A stretch of DNA of 63,255 bases, counting the filler, from Salisapilia sapeloensis CBS 127946 (lineage: Eukaryota; Protista; Oomycota), in the NCBI GenBank assembly GCA_023334545.1. It is 10 parts of 10 records of this genome, joined end to end, with 100 filler letters (N's around TTAATTAATTAA, not from the genome) between each part and the next. Parts side by side here need not be neighbours in the genome. Positions count along the whole stretch, not along the records: positions 22,521 to 46,050 come from JAADVB010000262.1; 9 more parts are not named here. One strand, given 5' to 3'. Below are positions 22,521 through 35,756 of this stretch, piece after piece. Both the position numbers and the translations under genes were made by a program. The stretch's first letter is position 1, and every line of letters begins with the position of its first letter. The notes below the pieces were generated by a model. That model had not been told where the DNA came from. It did not search any database and was given only the letters and a program-made list of their open reading frames with translations.

Positions 22521-23747
22521 CATCGCTCCGGACTGCATGAAGCGACAGATTGCAACCACGATGCATACTCCGAATGCCACTAGCGCCGTAGAACACAAAG
22601 CCAAGACTTCTTCGTCCTCCGTCCAAATCCGAAAGACGATATCGTCCGCTGCAATTGTAATCAGCAGCAAGATGAGCAACAGCGACGTAGCAATGATGGT
22701 GCCAACCCAAAAGATACGTTTAGCACCTTGGGCAGAGCCTCGACCGAGATGACGAGCCATGAAGATTTGTGTACCAGTACGGAAGCCACTGACGAAGCAC
22801 ATGACCAAACTGAAGAGTTCAAACATAACTGCCTGAGCAGCCATAATATTCGGACCCAGGATACTCACAATTGCATTGGCAAGTGTTCCGCCTACCCAAT
22901 CGATAATAGCGGATGCACCCATGGGAATCGCGAGCTTCATGAACACCATGATACGTAGTGAAGTCAACTCTTTCAAATTCCAACCGTCCCAATAGTTCTC
23001 GTGATATCGTTTCCACCAGACCGTATAGCAAGTGAATAGGAAGAGTTGGAGACATGTGCTCGTGAACGTCGCAAGTGGAGAACCGATGAAGCCAAGCCCT
23101 TCCCATCCAAAGGCGCCGTAAATAAAAATCTGGTTGAATCCGATGTTGAGGATGACAGTAACCACACTGGTAATCGTCGCAGGTGTGATCACGCCAAGAG
23201 AAGCAAAGTACGCTGAGACTGCACCGTAGACATATTGAGGGATGATAGTAGCTGCCATGATCCGAGCGAACAAAGTACCAAAGTAGATGGTATCTTCATC
23301 ATCCATCGTGATGCTAATCAATTGACCCACGGAGAAGTAGGATACAATTACAGGGATGCTTCCTACCAATGCATACATGATGCCCATCTGAAGCCAGATA
23401 CCGACCAATTTATTGTTCCCAGCTCCGTACGCCTGGCTGCACAACGTACTCAGTGCTGGCAGTCCATATTCGACAATTGCACCAAACAGCCCCATGTAGG
23501 CAGTTGCAATAGCTACACCGGCAAGTTGCTTGGTACCGAGATGACCTAAGAAAGCTGTATCCGTCAATGCCATTGCTTGACGAACCATTCGACGCAACGA
23601 GAGTTGCGTAGCCATGCTTGTCATTTCCTTTAATTCTTCCTTCAGAGGTGGCAATGGTGGTTCCTGAGCATTTTCATGACTCACATATTTGTGTTTAGAA
23701 TCCTGGTTTGGAAGCAGTCGAGTCTTCTCTTCCTGACCTTCTGACAT
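22521..23747 (-). CDS. MATE family efflux transporter, 3' truncated by gap
   Basis: TDTAFLGHLG..LAGVA..LSTLCSQAYGAGN..GFIGSPLAT..F..LAIPMG; many TM segments. Confidence 0.93.
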
Positions 23748-24019
23748 CTTGCGACGAAATTGCAGAGTGACCACTCGAGACGCAAGTACGTGCCCCTTGG
23801 TTTGCATCCAAATGGGTACAGAAGGCGGAAGCGATTGGTAGAAATAGAGGAGAGTGGGACTGTAATCAGAGGACTCATCACCTACAGATAATCTGGTGGC
23901 GAGGAGTCATTGGAGCTGTGGAGACCACGGTGTGCTTTTACATCCACATCCCACGTTAACGAGTCATTATTGCACCGGATATAGCATCAGACGGTGATTA
24001 GTTGACATTGCTTATTGTA

Positions 24020-24884
24020 ATGGCGAGCGAGGAAGAAATGATGGAGGTTTACCCTCAAGACAATGTTAACACACTCGAGGAGTCTGTTCGTGTTCGCGTC
24101 CATGGTCGAGACCTACAACTTTCCTTGCTTCTGGTATACCCTTGCGCTTGTATGTTGATATGAATACAGTTCTGATGGGGTGATAGCAAGAAGATGAGTT
24201 GGCACCGCTATTCTCAGGTGCTGCTTGGGCTGGGACACTTGTGTGGGACGCTGCCATCTACCTCACGCGCCATTTCCTCTTTTCTTTCCGTCATGAGCTG
24301 CAAGATACTACCAAAATGTTCCGAGTTTTGGAGCTCGGTGCTGGCATGTACGTTCTTATATTTCCTATAGAGCTTATGGCAAATCCTGAATGGTGGATAG
24401 TGGAGTGCCTGGTATGGCAGCACGAGTAGCAGGAGCTGACCACGCTATTGTTACAGAGCAACCAGATCTAGTAGAACTCATGGAGCGCAACATAGCAGCC
24501 AATGCGTCTGTGCTTCAGACGTCCGATAATAGTAGTACTGGCATATCAGCTCGAGTATTGAGCTGGGGCGTGGAGGAGACAAATGCTTATTTGAGTCAAT
24601 ACGCAGATGAAAAGGTAGATGTTATTCTGTCCTGTGACTGCGTCTACGAGCCTCTATATGGCAAGTCATGGAAGGCACTGGGTGAAACAATGGAATTATT
24701 TTGTATCGCCAACCCTCAAACGATCGTCTTGATGGGTGTCGAAAGGCGGAATGCAGATGGAATCGATACGTTCCTGCATTTCATTGACAATCACACTCGA
24801 CTACACTGGGTAAAGCTAGAGGAATCGATCGGAGGAACTGGGAGGAATGTACTAGAGATCTACGAGCTACGTCTGAACTGCTAA
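24020..24884 (+). CDS. SAM-dependent protein methyltransferase (METTL21/Methyltransf_16-like); two introns
   Basis: AAWAGTLVWDAAIYL, VLELGAG.GVPGM, VTEQ, LSWG, DVILSCDCVY. Confidence 0.9.
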
Positions 24885-25051
24885 TGTTTAATATACTGTA
24901 TCTCTTTGTTTCAATGCATTTCGTCTTGTGCTTGATGAGCTCGACGATGCCGAAGGCGAGATCAAAGATACCTGATACTCGTAAAAAGCTTCTAAAAGGT
25001 ATCCTTTAAGCTAATATGTAGATAAATCGCTCCGACGTCACTCGACGCGAC

Positions 25052-28000
25052 ATGGTCCGCTCGACTACACCGGAAGCAGAGACTAGTACAGACGATTCCA
25101 CGAGCTCTGAAGGCATTGGGACGACAGCAACGACCACAATAAGCCGTGTAAACTGTAATCTTCGTCGATTAAAAGATGTGGTGCGCACTATTTGGTGAGA
25201 GCTTTTCAAACGCAGCTTGAAGCTAATAGCGATCTTGGATCGGCGTAGATCAGCTCAGCAGGAGATGGCTTTGATATGCCATTGCTGGAGCAGTTAAACG
25301 TGCATGGGAATCGTATCGAGTCAATGGATGGATTAGAAAGCTGCGTTGGGTACAAATATCGAACTCCATGCGTATCTCGAGAAGCTCATTCGTACTTGTG
25401 ACTCTGTAGACTAGTCGAAGCATGCCTTTCAAGCAACCTTATTCAGGTAGTGTATCCAGACATAGACTCAACTTGCTCCATTTTATACATATATATTATC
25501 AGGATATCAACTTCCACTCGTTGGAACCTCTGAAGCAATTGCGTATCTTGGATCTTTCGGCCAACAACCTGAAGTCCACGAGAGGCTTCCCACGCATGCC
25601 GTGTTTGCAAGAATTATCTCTCGCCTACAACGAGTACTTTTCTTTCAACGCTTTAGTATATCAATTCCTTACTGATGAATTTCTAGTCTAGCATCTTTAG
25701 ATGGCTTTGATCGACCGGTCAAGTTTCCCCGATTATGCTACCTTGATATCCGCTCGAATGACATTCAAGTGATGGATGACTTGACTTCCTTACAGCATTT
25801 TAAGGTGCAGCTATTATAATTCATCGTTCTTGTCTATTTCTCATCCAATGTCTACTAGCGCCTTCGTTGTTTGCGGTTGCAAGGGAAGAATGGGTCTAAC
25901 GCCAATCCCATCTGTGATGAAGCAGACTATCCTCAGATCATTCTACAAGTATGCAATCCTAAGGTACATCGGTACTATGGATAACTGATGATATGTGCTA
26001 GTTTCTACCACAACTGAACGTTCTGGATGAGGAAGAAACGAACGTGTTGAGTCAAATGGAGGTGGCGAGTATGCCCAAGTATCATACACTTTTACGTCGA
26101 ATGAAGCAGAAGCAAAACCAAGCACCACAGCCATCACCAAAGTGGGCACCTGAGAAACGTCGACTCTCTCCACCTAGTCCAACTCCATCTCCATCTCCGA
26201 ATCCAAATGTAAAGAGTCCGATTCCAAAAGTTGTGCAGCAAGAGAAAAAAACATGCAGTCCGATTAAGGTACGTATGGTTGTGAAAGAAGTCGGTTGTAA
26301 TACCGAGAAGAACTTTGACAAAGAGATGAGGCAACGTGGTGAAGCTTTAAGTGAGCTTCGTCAACAGCTATCCGAGTGTACTTCTCAACGGATGGCAAGT
26401 GAAAAGCGGTCATTGGAACTAGAACGGTCTTTATATGAGAAGGAAAGAGAGTGGAACAGTCGATTGGAAGAGATACAGAAGGAATTGAAAGATTCTGTCC
26501 AGAGAGCTGTTGAAGCGGAGCGTACATCGATGGAGCTATCAAACTTACTTATTCATCAAAAGGAAATGGAGACAGAGAAGACAGAGGAGACGATTCAGAC
26601 ATGTGATCAGTATGTTCAAACGACAGAGGAAAGGGAAAAGGAAATAGTAGAACAGGCTTTAAAGATGAAACAAGTACTCCACGATAAAGACCGCTCGGAG
26701 GATGAGTGGGAAAAGAGTAAGAAAGAGATGAGTACACGGATATACGAGTTAGAAACCAGCGTCAAAGACAAATGTGAGACGATTACATCGCTCGAATCGA
26801 CACTAAAGACGCAGCAATCGGAGCTACAAGAGTTGAAAAAGGAGTTGGAGCTAGAGACGTTCGATAAAACTAGTATGAAGCAACAGCATGAACGATCTAC
26901 ATCCTTTTTACAGGAGGAAATTGCAAGTTTCAAACACCAGATATCGGAATTAGAACGACGAAAGCAACAACTCGAGTGTCATACGAAAGAATTGGAGTGG
27001 AACATCCAGACACTTCATCACAAGTCCCTTGAAAAGGAAGCAACAGTTGTCGAGCTAAAGTCTTCTCTGCGATATAAGCAGGATGAAATAGAAAAACTAC
27101 ATCAGGAACAGACAAACATTACGAAAAGATATGAAGATTTCTACTCTCAACAACAGACCTTATGGCAGGAAAAGCTTAAAGCTGCAACCATTCAGATGGA
27201 AGCAGAGTTTCGACGAGAGTACACAAAAGCTGCTTCCAAGTTCCAAACAGCACAACAGAAGTGTCAATCAGCTTTACGTGAAATCCATCACTTGAGAAGT
27301 ATACATGAACGGAATGTAGCTAGAGAACAAGAGTTGAAGGAAAAACTCCAACGTTTCGAATCGATGACTAGTGGTGGGCATGTAGATAGTAGAGAAGCAC
27401 ATCGAGAGTGTCAGGAAGAGATTGGGCGACTTCGAACGGAGAAAGAGTCACTTGAAAAGCAGCTTACGACATTCTTGTCGGACTCGCAGACCATGTCGGA
27501 TTTAGAATCAGAGCTAGAGCATGTCAAGACTGATCTGCATCAAGCAGAGGAAAGGCACCAAGACGCCATGGAACAGCAAAGTCGCCTAACAAAAGAAAAG
27601 GAAGATATGGAGGCGAGTATCAAGGTGAAGGACGTCATGTTGGCGGATAAACAACGACAGATCGATGAGTATCGGACGAGTAAGAAGGAGATGGAGAAGG
27701 AGCATGAGGATAGAGAAAGGGAACTGTATGCACAGATCGAAGAGTTGGAAGGGACGTTGGAAGACCATACGCAGCGGACGGAAGAACTGGAAGCGTATAC
27801 GGAGAAGCTGCAGCAAAAGATTGAGAGGAAGAGGGAAGAAATTACGTCCTTGCAAGAGGACAGAGAGAGGATAGAGGAACAAGTGACACAAAAGCATGAA
27901 GCGATAGAGTATGTGGAAAGAGAGATGGAGAGACTTAAAGCTGCACTGACGGACCAGGATGAGATTTTTAAAAGCAAAATGAAGGCGAGTGCACAGGAGC

Positions 28001-28361
28001 ATGATCAAACGCTGGAGAGAGTGAAGCTGGAATGCGAAGAAGAGTTACAGAGACGACAGAAGGAATGGGCAATTGTTCAAGAGCGAATGACAGAGGAAGT
28101 TGACGGGAAGCGTAGTGAAATTAATAATTTATCGGGTGAACTCGTTCGCTTGCGAATAAAGTTGGATGAAGAAAGCAAGAAGAATGCTCAGAACGATGAC
28201 GACATGCGTGTACTTCTTGCAGAGGTACGTTTGGCGTATATACTAAAAGAAGGAATGATAAGACTGACGATTAGTAGATTGACCGTGAGCGAGAACTCAA
28301 ACAGCAAAGTTTACGGCAGATCAAGTCATTATTCCATCAGCTGCAGCAAGAGTCTAGTTAG
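25052..28361 (+). CDS. Leucine-rich-repeat and coiled-coil protein (LRRCC1/VFL1-like), multi-exon
   Basis: SDS22-like LRRs (LNVHGNRIESMDGL, LRILDLSANNL, LQELSLAYN, LDIRSNDI), LRR-cap (NPIC..DY..), then a very long coiled coil. Last intron from 28225 gives terminal exon IDRERELK..ESS*. Confidence 0.75.
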
Positions 28362-29035
28362 AACGAGTCGTCATCGCTTGCCTCTTCCGAGAAGTATTCC
28401 AACTCCTCAGATTCGATCTCTTCTTCCTCCTCCTCACTTCTATTCGACTCTTTCTCTACATCCTTTTCTCCCGGCTCAACTTTTGCTAATAAATCATCCG
28501 CATCATCTGCTGACTGTGGACGCTCATCTCGCATTGTGTCTTCTCCGTCGGCTTTCTCTATCTCATCTTCATTTCCACGATTATCTTCGTTCTCCTTTGA
28601 ACCCTCGTTTTGTTCCATCTCACTCATCAAAGCGTCAATCTGCTGGTCTGACTGTAAATGCTCTTGTAGCATGCCAAGTAGACGAAGTACTTGACTTTTG
28701 TTGATAATTGATGGGTTTAAGAATGCTTCGTTCTCGGCTGTTAGTCCATCCGCAACGACGTCGAGGACAGAGGATGGATTAAGATGCGGTAGTTCCATTA
28801 CATGCAGCTTTCTCATTCGTGATGGAACTCCTTCTTCAACGTTGACGCCGTCTCCTCTATATACGTATAACGAGCGAGACTGCTGTTCACTGGCGTCTTG
28901 CTTGCCATCACTTGCTTCGATGCCTTCGACGTTCTCAGCGTCCAGAGCATCAACTTCATACTCTAGTGCTATCGTTGGGATCGGAGCATATTTTAGACCA
29001 AATCGTGTTGGAAAGATAGCTTGGGTTTCCGTCAT
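28358..29035 (-). CDS. CEP19-like N-terminal domain protein with acidic tail
   Basis: PTRFGLKYAPIPTIALEYE..RKLHVM..SQVLRLLGML resembles the CEP19 N-terminus. The CEP19 DLNK-type C-terminal motif is not seen. Confidence 0.55.
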   Translation of the reverse strand: MTETQAIFPTRFGLKYAPIPTIALEYEVDALDAENVEGIEASDGKQDASEQQSRSLYVYRGDGVNVEEGVPSRMRKLHVMELPHLNPSSVLDVVADGLTAENEAFLNPSIINKSQVLRLLGMLQEHLQSDQQIDALMSEMEQNEGSKENEDNRGNEDEIEKADGEDTMRDERPQSADDADDLLAKVEPGEKDVEKESNRSEEEEEEIESEELEYFSEEASDDDSF

Positions 29036-29454
29036 AAGAAGATAGTGATATTGTACAACGTACTCATCCAAAGAGAGAATGGTAACATGACAACGGACGT
29101 TTTGCCTTTCAAGTCAAATTCAACGAAACGAACAGATTATCGATGATGTATAAGCTATTCTATTTATACGTGAGCAGTGTGAGTTCATCGAGAGGGCAGA
29201 GCGAGCTATGAATTGATAGACAGCCAAGTTACCACGACCGGTCTCAGACAGATCAGATATTACCCACCAATCAGCATCCGATATTTGATGTCAAGCTATT
29301 TGTACAACAAGTCGCCAAACGCGATTAAGACCTCTCAGGAGCGTCCTCCCTCATCCTAGTAGTCTCCACAGCCTACGTCAGCTCTCACGTTAGGGACTCA
29401 ATACTTTGACATCTATCTGGCCATAGACTAGACTGATTTGAACCATAATCAATC

Positions 29455-30337
29455 ATGCTAGTCAGGTATTTGGGCGTTATGGCGCTCCTGATCCCAATCA
29501 CCGGTATCTCTACGATGATTGCAACCATCGGGATGGCCTGTTCCCTCCATTTTACTTGTGGAGCTCACATCCCAACACTCTCCTACGCTGCGACATTTAA
29601 ACCCACCATGCACGTGTTCGCTGTTGGTATGGCATCCACTGCGCTCTTCATTTTCTTCAGTGTGTCTATCTTCCATTGGTTCATTCGTCTTCGAATTTCC
29701 AGTTTGGCGCATGTGCCTGGCAATATGAAATACCACAATTTATGCGCACTTTTCTTTGGTGCAACCTCTGCTGTTGCACTCTTCACCTTAGCCGTGAACG
29801 ACATGAAAAATCATCATGATGTCCACGTTTCCAGCACTTGTATCTTTTTCGTCTGCGCTTGGATCACCATGGTCTTTGTCCAGCTCGTTCGCAGCAGAAT
29901 CATGGAGAATGAAGGCCATTCTATAGACGTGGCAGGTCGACCATCTAGTGGTCGATCGCGCGAGTCCGTTCGACAAATACTGCAATCAAGTCAGCTATGG
30001 GCAAGGAGACGGCTCGTTTCGACTGCTCACGCTGTCGGCATGCTCTTCATCGGTATCGGATTGACATCCTCGTTTCTCTGTACGTTCTATATACCTCTAT
30101 CACATCATGTATCTAATAAAGTACCTAGTTGGTCTTCTATTTCTATGCGTAAATGGCATGTGGCCGAATCCACTCGGCTTCACAGCTCTTCAAGAAGCTT
30201 TCTTTGAGTTCCTAGCGATCGTGTGTCAGCTTCTGTTCATGGGTACTCTGGCGTGTGAACTAAGTCTCGTGGCACGCGCAGTGGAGAAGCGAGAGTACGA
30301 AATGTTAGAACAGGTCGAATGGAAACATTCGGCATAG
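29455..30337 (+). CDS. Frag1/DRAM/Sfk1 family membrane protein; one intron near 30080-30129
   Basis: IPTLSYAATF.P, H..H..S..IFF motifs, about six TM segments, terminal FEFLAIVCQLLF. Confidence 0.82.
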
Positions 30338-30438
30338 AGTTGGTTCTGTAGATACCTCTGATCTCATCGTTTCCTATCATCCACACGTCCACACGTTGAA
30401 AAGATTAGAATGCGATGAAAAAGTTATGCAATATTGTT

Positions 30439-31506
30439 TCATTCAGCTGGAGAAATAGATCTTAAAAATGCAGCAATTGACTCATGGCCGTTCCAACTAG
30501 CTCCTTGCACCGCTTTGCTCGTAAAACCTTCCGTCCGGTTCTGACAAAGCCAACGCACTACATCTTCGTGGCCATTGTGAGCAGCTCCGTCGATGGAATC
30601 CACGGTACATCCTTCCGTCCGATTCGCATGAAGCCACTGCACTGCCTTCAAGTTGCCGTACGCGGCTGCACCATCCATCGCTCGAACAGAACACCCTTCC
30701 GTTCGATTCTCTTGAAGCCACTCGAGTGTTTCAAAGTGTCCGTACCACGCAGCTTTGGTCATAGCTTCCTTCGTACACCCTTCCGTCCGATTCTCATGTA
30801 GCCACTTGACTACATGTAGGAATCCATTGCGAGCAGCTCCATCCATGGCGTCCGTGGTGCATCCTTCCGTCCGATTCTCATGCAGCCACTGGACGACTTG
30901 GAGATGACCCCACGTGGCTGCATCGTCCATCGCACGGACGCTACATCCTTCCTTTCGATTTTCATGAAGCCACTTGACGACGTCCAGATGACCTCCGGCA
31001 GCTGCATCATTCATTGCATGCTGTGTGCATCCTTCCGCGCCGTTCATATGGAGCCACACGACAATTTCCAAATGCCCGTGACGAGCAGCACTATCCAGCG
31101 CAAAGTGGCTGATGGTGCCTTGGAGAGGTGGTCCATGCAGCCACTGGACACAGCGAACGTGCCCGTGCGTGGCAGCCATGTCAATGATGAGCGTAGAGAT
31201 ACCCCAGTCTGGACGATAGGCATGCAGCCACTTTAAGAGAAGTAGATCGCCTCGGACAGCAGCTGTCTCCATGGCAATTCGCCATTCCTTTCGTGATATC
31301 TGTCGTCCTCGTGCATAGAGAATGTCCAGTAGATGGACGAATCCCTTATTCACAGCATGGATGATCGACCAGGACGAAGAGTAGTCCAGGAAAGCTTCGA
31401 GCAATTGTGCAATCGGACGCGTTGCAATTACCGAGTGCTGTTCTCGTACGAGCACTTGGACCGAGGTGAGTCTCGGGCCTGGTATAGCAGTATCGAGGAA
31501 CTTCAT
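30439..31506 (-). CDS. Oomycete-type ankyrin-repeat protein
   Basis: About ten 28-aa repeats AMDxAAxxGHLxVVxWLHENRTEGCxxx. Confidence 0.92.
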   Translation of the reverse strand: MKFLDTAIPGPRLTSVQVLVREQHSVIATRPIAQLLEAFLDYSSSWSIIHAVNKGFVHLLDILYARGRQISRKEWRIAMETAAVRGDLLLLKWLHAYRPDWGISTLIIDMAATHGHVRCVQWLHGPPLQGTISHFALDSAARHGHLEIVVWLHMNGAEGCTQHAMNDAAAGGHLDVVKWLHENRKEGCSVRAMDDAATWGHLQVVQWLHENRTEGCTTDAMDGAARNGFLHVVKWLHENRTEGCTKEAMTKAAWYGHFETLEWLQENRTEGCSVRAMDGAAAYGNLKAVQWLHANRTEGCTVDSIDGAAHNGHEDVVRWLCQNRTEGFTSKAVQGASWNGHESIAAFLRSISPAE

Positions 31507-32055
31507 AAGCTCTTGTTCGTGCGTTATGACCAAGTGCAGGCGTGCGTCTCAATCCGTTTCTTCCTCCGACTTTTCAAGAGTAAATTTCGCAACGACAAGC
31601 CGTTGCTCTTGTATTTCAATACCTTTGATAGAAAGTGCACTACATTTATGCTACAAATCTTCTATTACAATGCAGGTTGAAGTTGGTCCAGCTCACCGAC
31701 ATGCACTAAGCCATACAAAGTGGCATAAAAACGCCAGTAACATGCATGTTCGTACGCAAGAAAAAATCGTTCCTAACAACGTGGCTTCATGTACCGTGTG
31801 CACCCTATTTTACAGACCGTACAGTACAGTTGCTTGGGTTGTCGTCGTCTCTCTCGACTGAACCCATGCACGACGTTTCCACGCCTCGGCGCCTGACAAC
31901 CCGCTCGAGTCCGTGACATTATCATCTCACATAAATCGTGCGATTGCGGTACTTTGACCGTCCAGACTCGGTGCAGTCTCGTATAAAATCCAGCAGGAGT
32001 GCACCCACTTTTCACGAACACTCACATAAACGCATTACGGGCATTCGGGACGTCG

Positions 32056-35000
32056 ATGTCACACCGTCGATCGGAGTACACTGTTCCGACGCAGGGTAGA
32101 CGGTCACCACACATCCGTCAGACTCTCCCTTCACGCTTCGACCTTCTCTTGTTGGAAGATGGCGAATACTTTCTCGATGTATGTCCACTTTTTTTATGCG
32201 TCAATGTCTAGACTGACATGTGCATCGATTTTATTCACTTGTAGGACTATAGCGTCGATAGGCACATTGACATTGACTCGGACGCGCACAAGTATGTCTT
32301 ATAGGCAGTTTAGAATGAATTCTGGATACACTAGTACGGCAGAGGACTGATTCAGATGATAGGAAGATACATGGACGATTAAAAGTATGCACACGAAGTT
32401 TCTTCTTCGTGCCACAGGACATTCATCTACCCATTTTACGTTTCCCATTTTCAGAAATGAGCAGTGAGCCACATGCAGACACCTTTACGCTACACAGCAG
32501 TGTCTACACGACTGACGTACCCGAAACGAAGCGCTGTCTAACATTCGACATGAAGTCTATTGTCGAAATGAAGACGGGTGGGGTCGACCATCCGTACATA
32601 CAGAAAGCTGCGGACGCCTCTCAAAGTATCACGGTATCAAACTCGTCTGAGACTTCTGTCCATGACTCGGAGAGTGACGAGAACTTGGCACCTAGTGGAT
32701 ACGTCTTTACACTTTTACATACTCGCTTAGAAACCTTTTTCACAAACATACATGTGCTCTATGAAGTTGCCAATCGACCAAAGAGGTCACTTACCAAGCA
32801 AGAGGAACAGAATTTGCTAGCTCCTGTCTTTGGACCGAGGTTATTCATCGAGTTCGATCCATCTCTCCTCGTAGACTTTCGAGAAAAGCTGCTCTTGTCT
32901 GAAGGTAAAGTCGTGGAACGGATTGAACCACTCGTAAAGCACCCAGGGCGTGTCATGTTCACTACGGAGCGTCTATACTTCCAACCAATGCAACTGAACA
33001 ACGTATTGGACCCAGTTCTGCATTGGGCCTACTCGGACATTGCCCACATGTACAAGCGTCGACACTTGCTGCGTCAAACTGGTCTAGAAATCTTCTCTTA
33101 CGACGATGAAAGCGTCTTCTTCTCCTTCCAAACGCGTCAAGAGCGAGATGAACTGTACGCTCTCATGGTCGACCAGCCGGAACTAGCTCACTGCCAACGA
33201 ACAGACTTGTCCTACATGATGCAGCAATGGCAGCAACGTCAGATCTCCAACTATGACTATTTACTCTTTCTAAACAATGCTGCAGGTCGTACTGTCAACG
33301 ACTTGACGCAGTATCCAGTGTTTCCGTGGATCTTGTCCAACTATGTGGATGATGAAATCGACCTGGACGACCCAACAAACTATCGAGACTTGTCCAAACC
33401 GGTTGGAGCGTTGAATCCAGATCGTCTGACGTACTTTCGACAGCGTTTTGAGATGATGCCGAGGGGAGAAGAGGCTGAAGGCCTTCCACCACCATTCCTC
33501 TATGGCACCCACTACTCGACACCAGGATACGTTCTGTACTATCTCGTCCGTATGATGCCAGGGTACATGTTGTGTCTTCAGAATGGCAAGTTCGATGACC
33601 CTGATCGTCTATTTCAAAGCATTCAGAAGACATGGGAAGGTGTATGTACCAATTACGCTGATTTAAAAGAACTCATTCCAGAGTTTTTCGACACAGATGA
33701 ACATGCATGGCTGCGTAATCAACATGGACTAGATTTTGGGTATACACAGGAAGGCAAGCGAGTGACAGATGTGGAGTTGCCTCCATGGGCACATGACAAC
33801 CCACAGACGTTTATACAGATTAATCGACAAGCACTTGAAAGTGCCTACGTCTCGGATCATTTGCATGAATGGATTGACCTCATCTTTGGATACAAACAAC
33901 AGGGAGAAGAGGCGATTAAAGCAGACAATCTCTTCTATCATTTGTCGTATGAAGGAGCAGTGGACTTGGAGACAGTAGAGGATGCGACGGAGCGTCAATC
34001 GATTGAAGCACAGATCCAAGAGTTCGGACAGACGCCGAAACAACTCTTTTCCAGTCCCCACCCGTGTCGAAATGAACCTAATCCGATGGTCACGAACGTA
34101 CAAGTTGCGACGAAAGACCTTTTACCATCTCCACGTGTCGACATTGATACGCTAGTGTTCAAGCGACAGCAGAAGAAAGATCCTTCTGTCATTGCACAGG
34201 AAAATTTGCATATTTTACAAGAAATTCGTCGAAAGCGCAGTCGTCCACACTTATTTTCAGAAGAAGATGAGGTAGAACGAGTGGATAGATCCGTCGATTG
34301 CATCGATCCTTTCGTTCTCTGTCTCCCCATCCTCCTCCTACGTTCGTGTGTTCAAACTTGTCTTTTCGATCCTCTGTATCGTCAGTTCCAACGCGCGAAA
34401 GGGACACATCGACAGCCCAAGTCTTGGCAATGGCACGTCCTGACGCAAGACCGGTCGTATCGATGGATGCTACGTAGACAGCAACGTCTGCATGAAGCGG
34501 AAGTGACGTCTGCCGTGCTGTCTCAGTACTCGAATGCCATGTACACGACGAGCAAAGACCAGAGTCTTCAGACGTCCTTCGTCGGGTCCAACGACCATAA
34601 CGTCCATGCAAAGCATAGCTTTGCTCTTTCATGTTGTGATCTGTCTCCAGACGAGACGTATCTCTTCGTCGGATGTTGGGATAATCACGTGTACATGTGT
34701 GAAGCAGCAACAGGGAACCTCATGGACAAGGTGGAAGCACATGTGGATGGCATCTCGGCTCTAAAAGTCGCTAAAGATGTCTTGGTGACAGCTTCGTGGG
34801 ATTCGACGGTCAAGCTATGGCAGTACTCATCCAGTCGTGTGCGCCCAGTTCCTTTAAAAGTCTTTCGACATAGCGTCGAAGCTGTGATCAGCCTGGATGT
34901 GAGTGAAGATGGAAGCTTGGCGATTGCAGGTGCAAGGAAAGGTCATCTATATCTCTTCGACATCAACCGAAAGAAATTGTTAAGACCTATGCTGGCGAGT

Positions 35001-35462
35001 CCAAAGGAGAGAGGAGACGTTGTTAGTGTCTGCTTTGGTAACAATGCATCGTCCATTGTGTGCGTAACGACGGCGAATGAAGTACGGAAGTTTACGCTCA
35101 TGGGCGAATGCCTCTTGACGATCTATGCCAACATACCTGGTCAATTGAGGTGCCTCGAGAGCGATGGTATGTTTGCAGTGGGTGGCACGACGGACGGATC
35201 GCTCATCTTTTGGATGTTGATGGGAACAACGAAGCGACTGGAGCCAATTGCCAAGATCCCTCATGCGCATCGGACGATTGTCTCGGCGTTGACAGTCAGC
35301 TCCTCTGGGTCCGTCGTGGTCTCTTGCGACGACGATGGACGGGTGAGTGTATGGCAGCTATTGCAGCAACCGGCTCTGGATGCGTATACCTACTGCAGTC
35401 CAACCTTTGGTCTGAAGGAAGGCTCTGTAGTGGCCACAGCACAGTTTTGCTCCGACCTCTGA
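32056..35462 (+). CDS. FAN/NSMAF-like PH-BEACH-WD40 protein; two 5' introns
   Basis: N-terminus RFDLLLLEDGEYF..KIHGRLKVCTRSFFF, BEACH (SNYDYLLFLN..GRTVNDLTQYPVFPW..YGTHYS..QIQEFGQTPKQLF), C-terminal WD40 repeats. Confidence 0.92.
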
Positions 35463-35756
35463 CGTGATTGCTGGATGGTAGGATGTTTATAGTTATCTAT
35501 AAGAATTTTCAATGCATCAAGTATCAAGTTGTGTACAGGTAGCTAGTAGTCATGATAGAAATACATGAACGAGGTAGATGCCAGCCTAGTTCGACTAGAT
35601 TCTACCTAGAGTATAGGTACTGCTTCCTATCTTTAAACTGTACCATTAACATTAATATTGCACATTTACGTAATAATACACTTTCAAGGGTATACAATAA
35701 TCAAGTGATTTGTGGTTGGAACCACCATAACGATATCAATCAGTACGTCGATTCTA

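Noticed and set aside
27540-28008. Ser/Leu-rich minus-strand ORFs
   Set aside because: Shadows of the Glu/Lys-rich coiled-coil coding strand.
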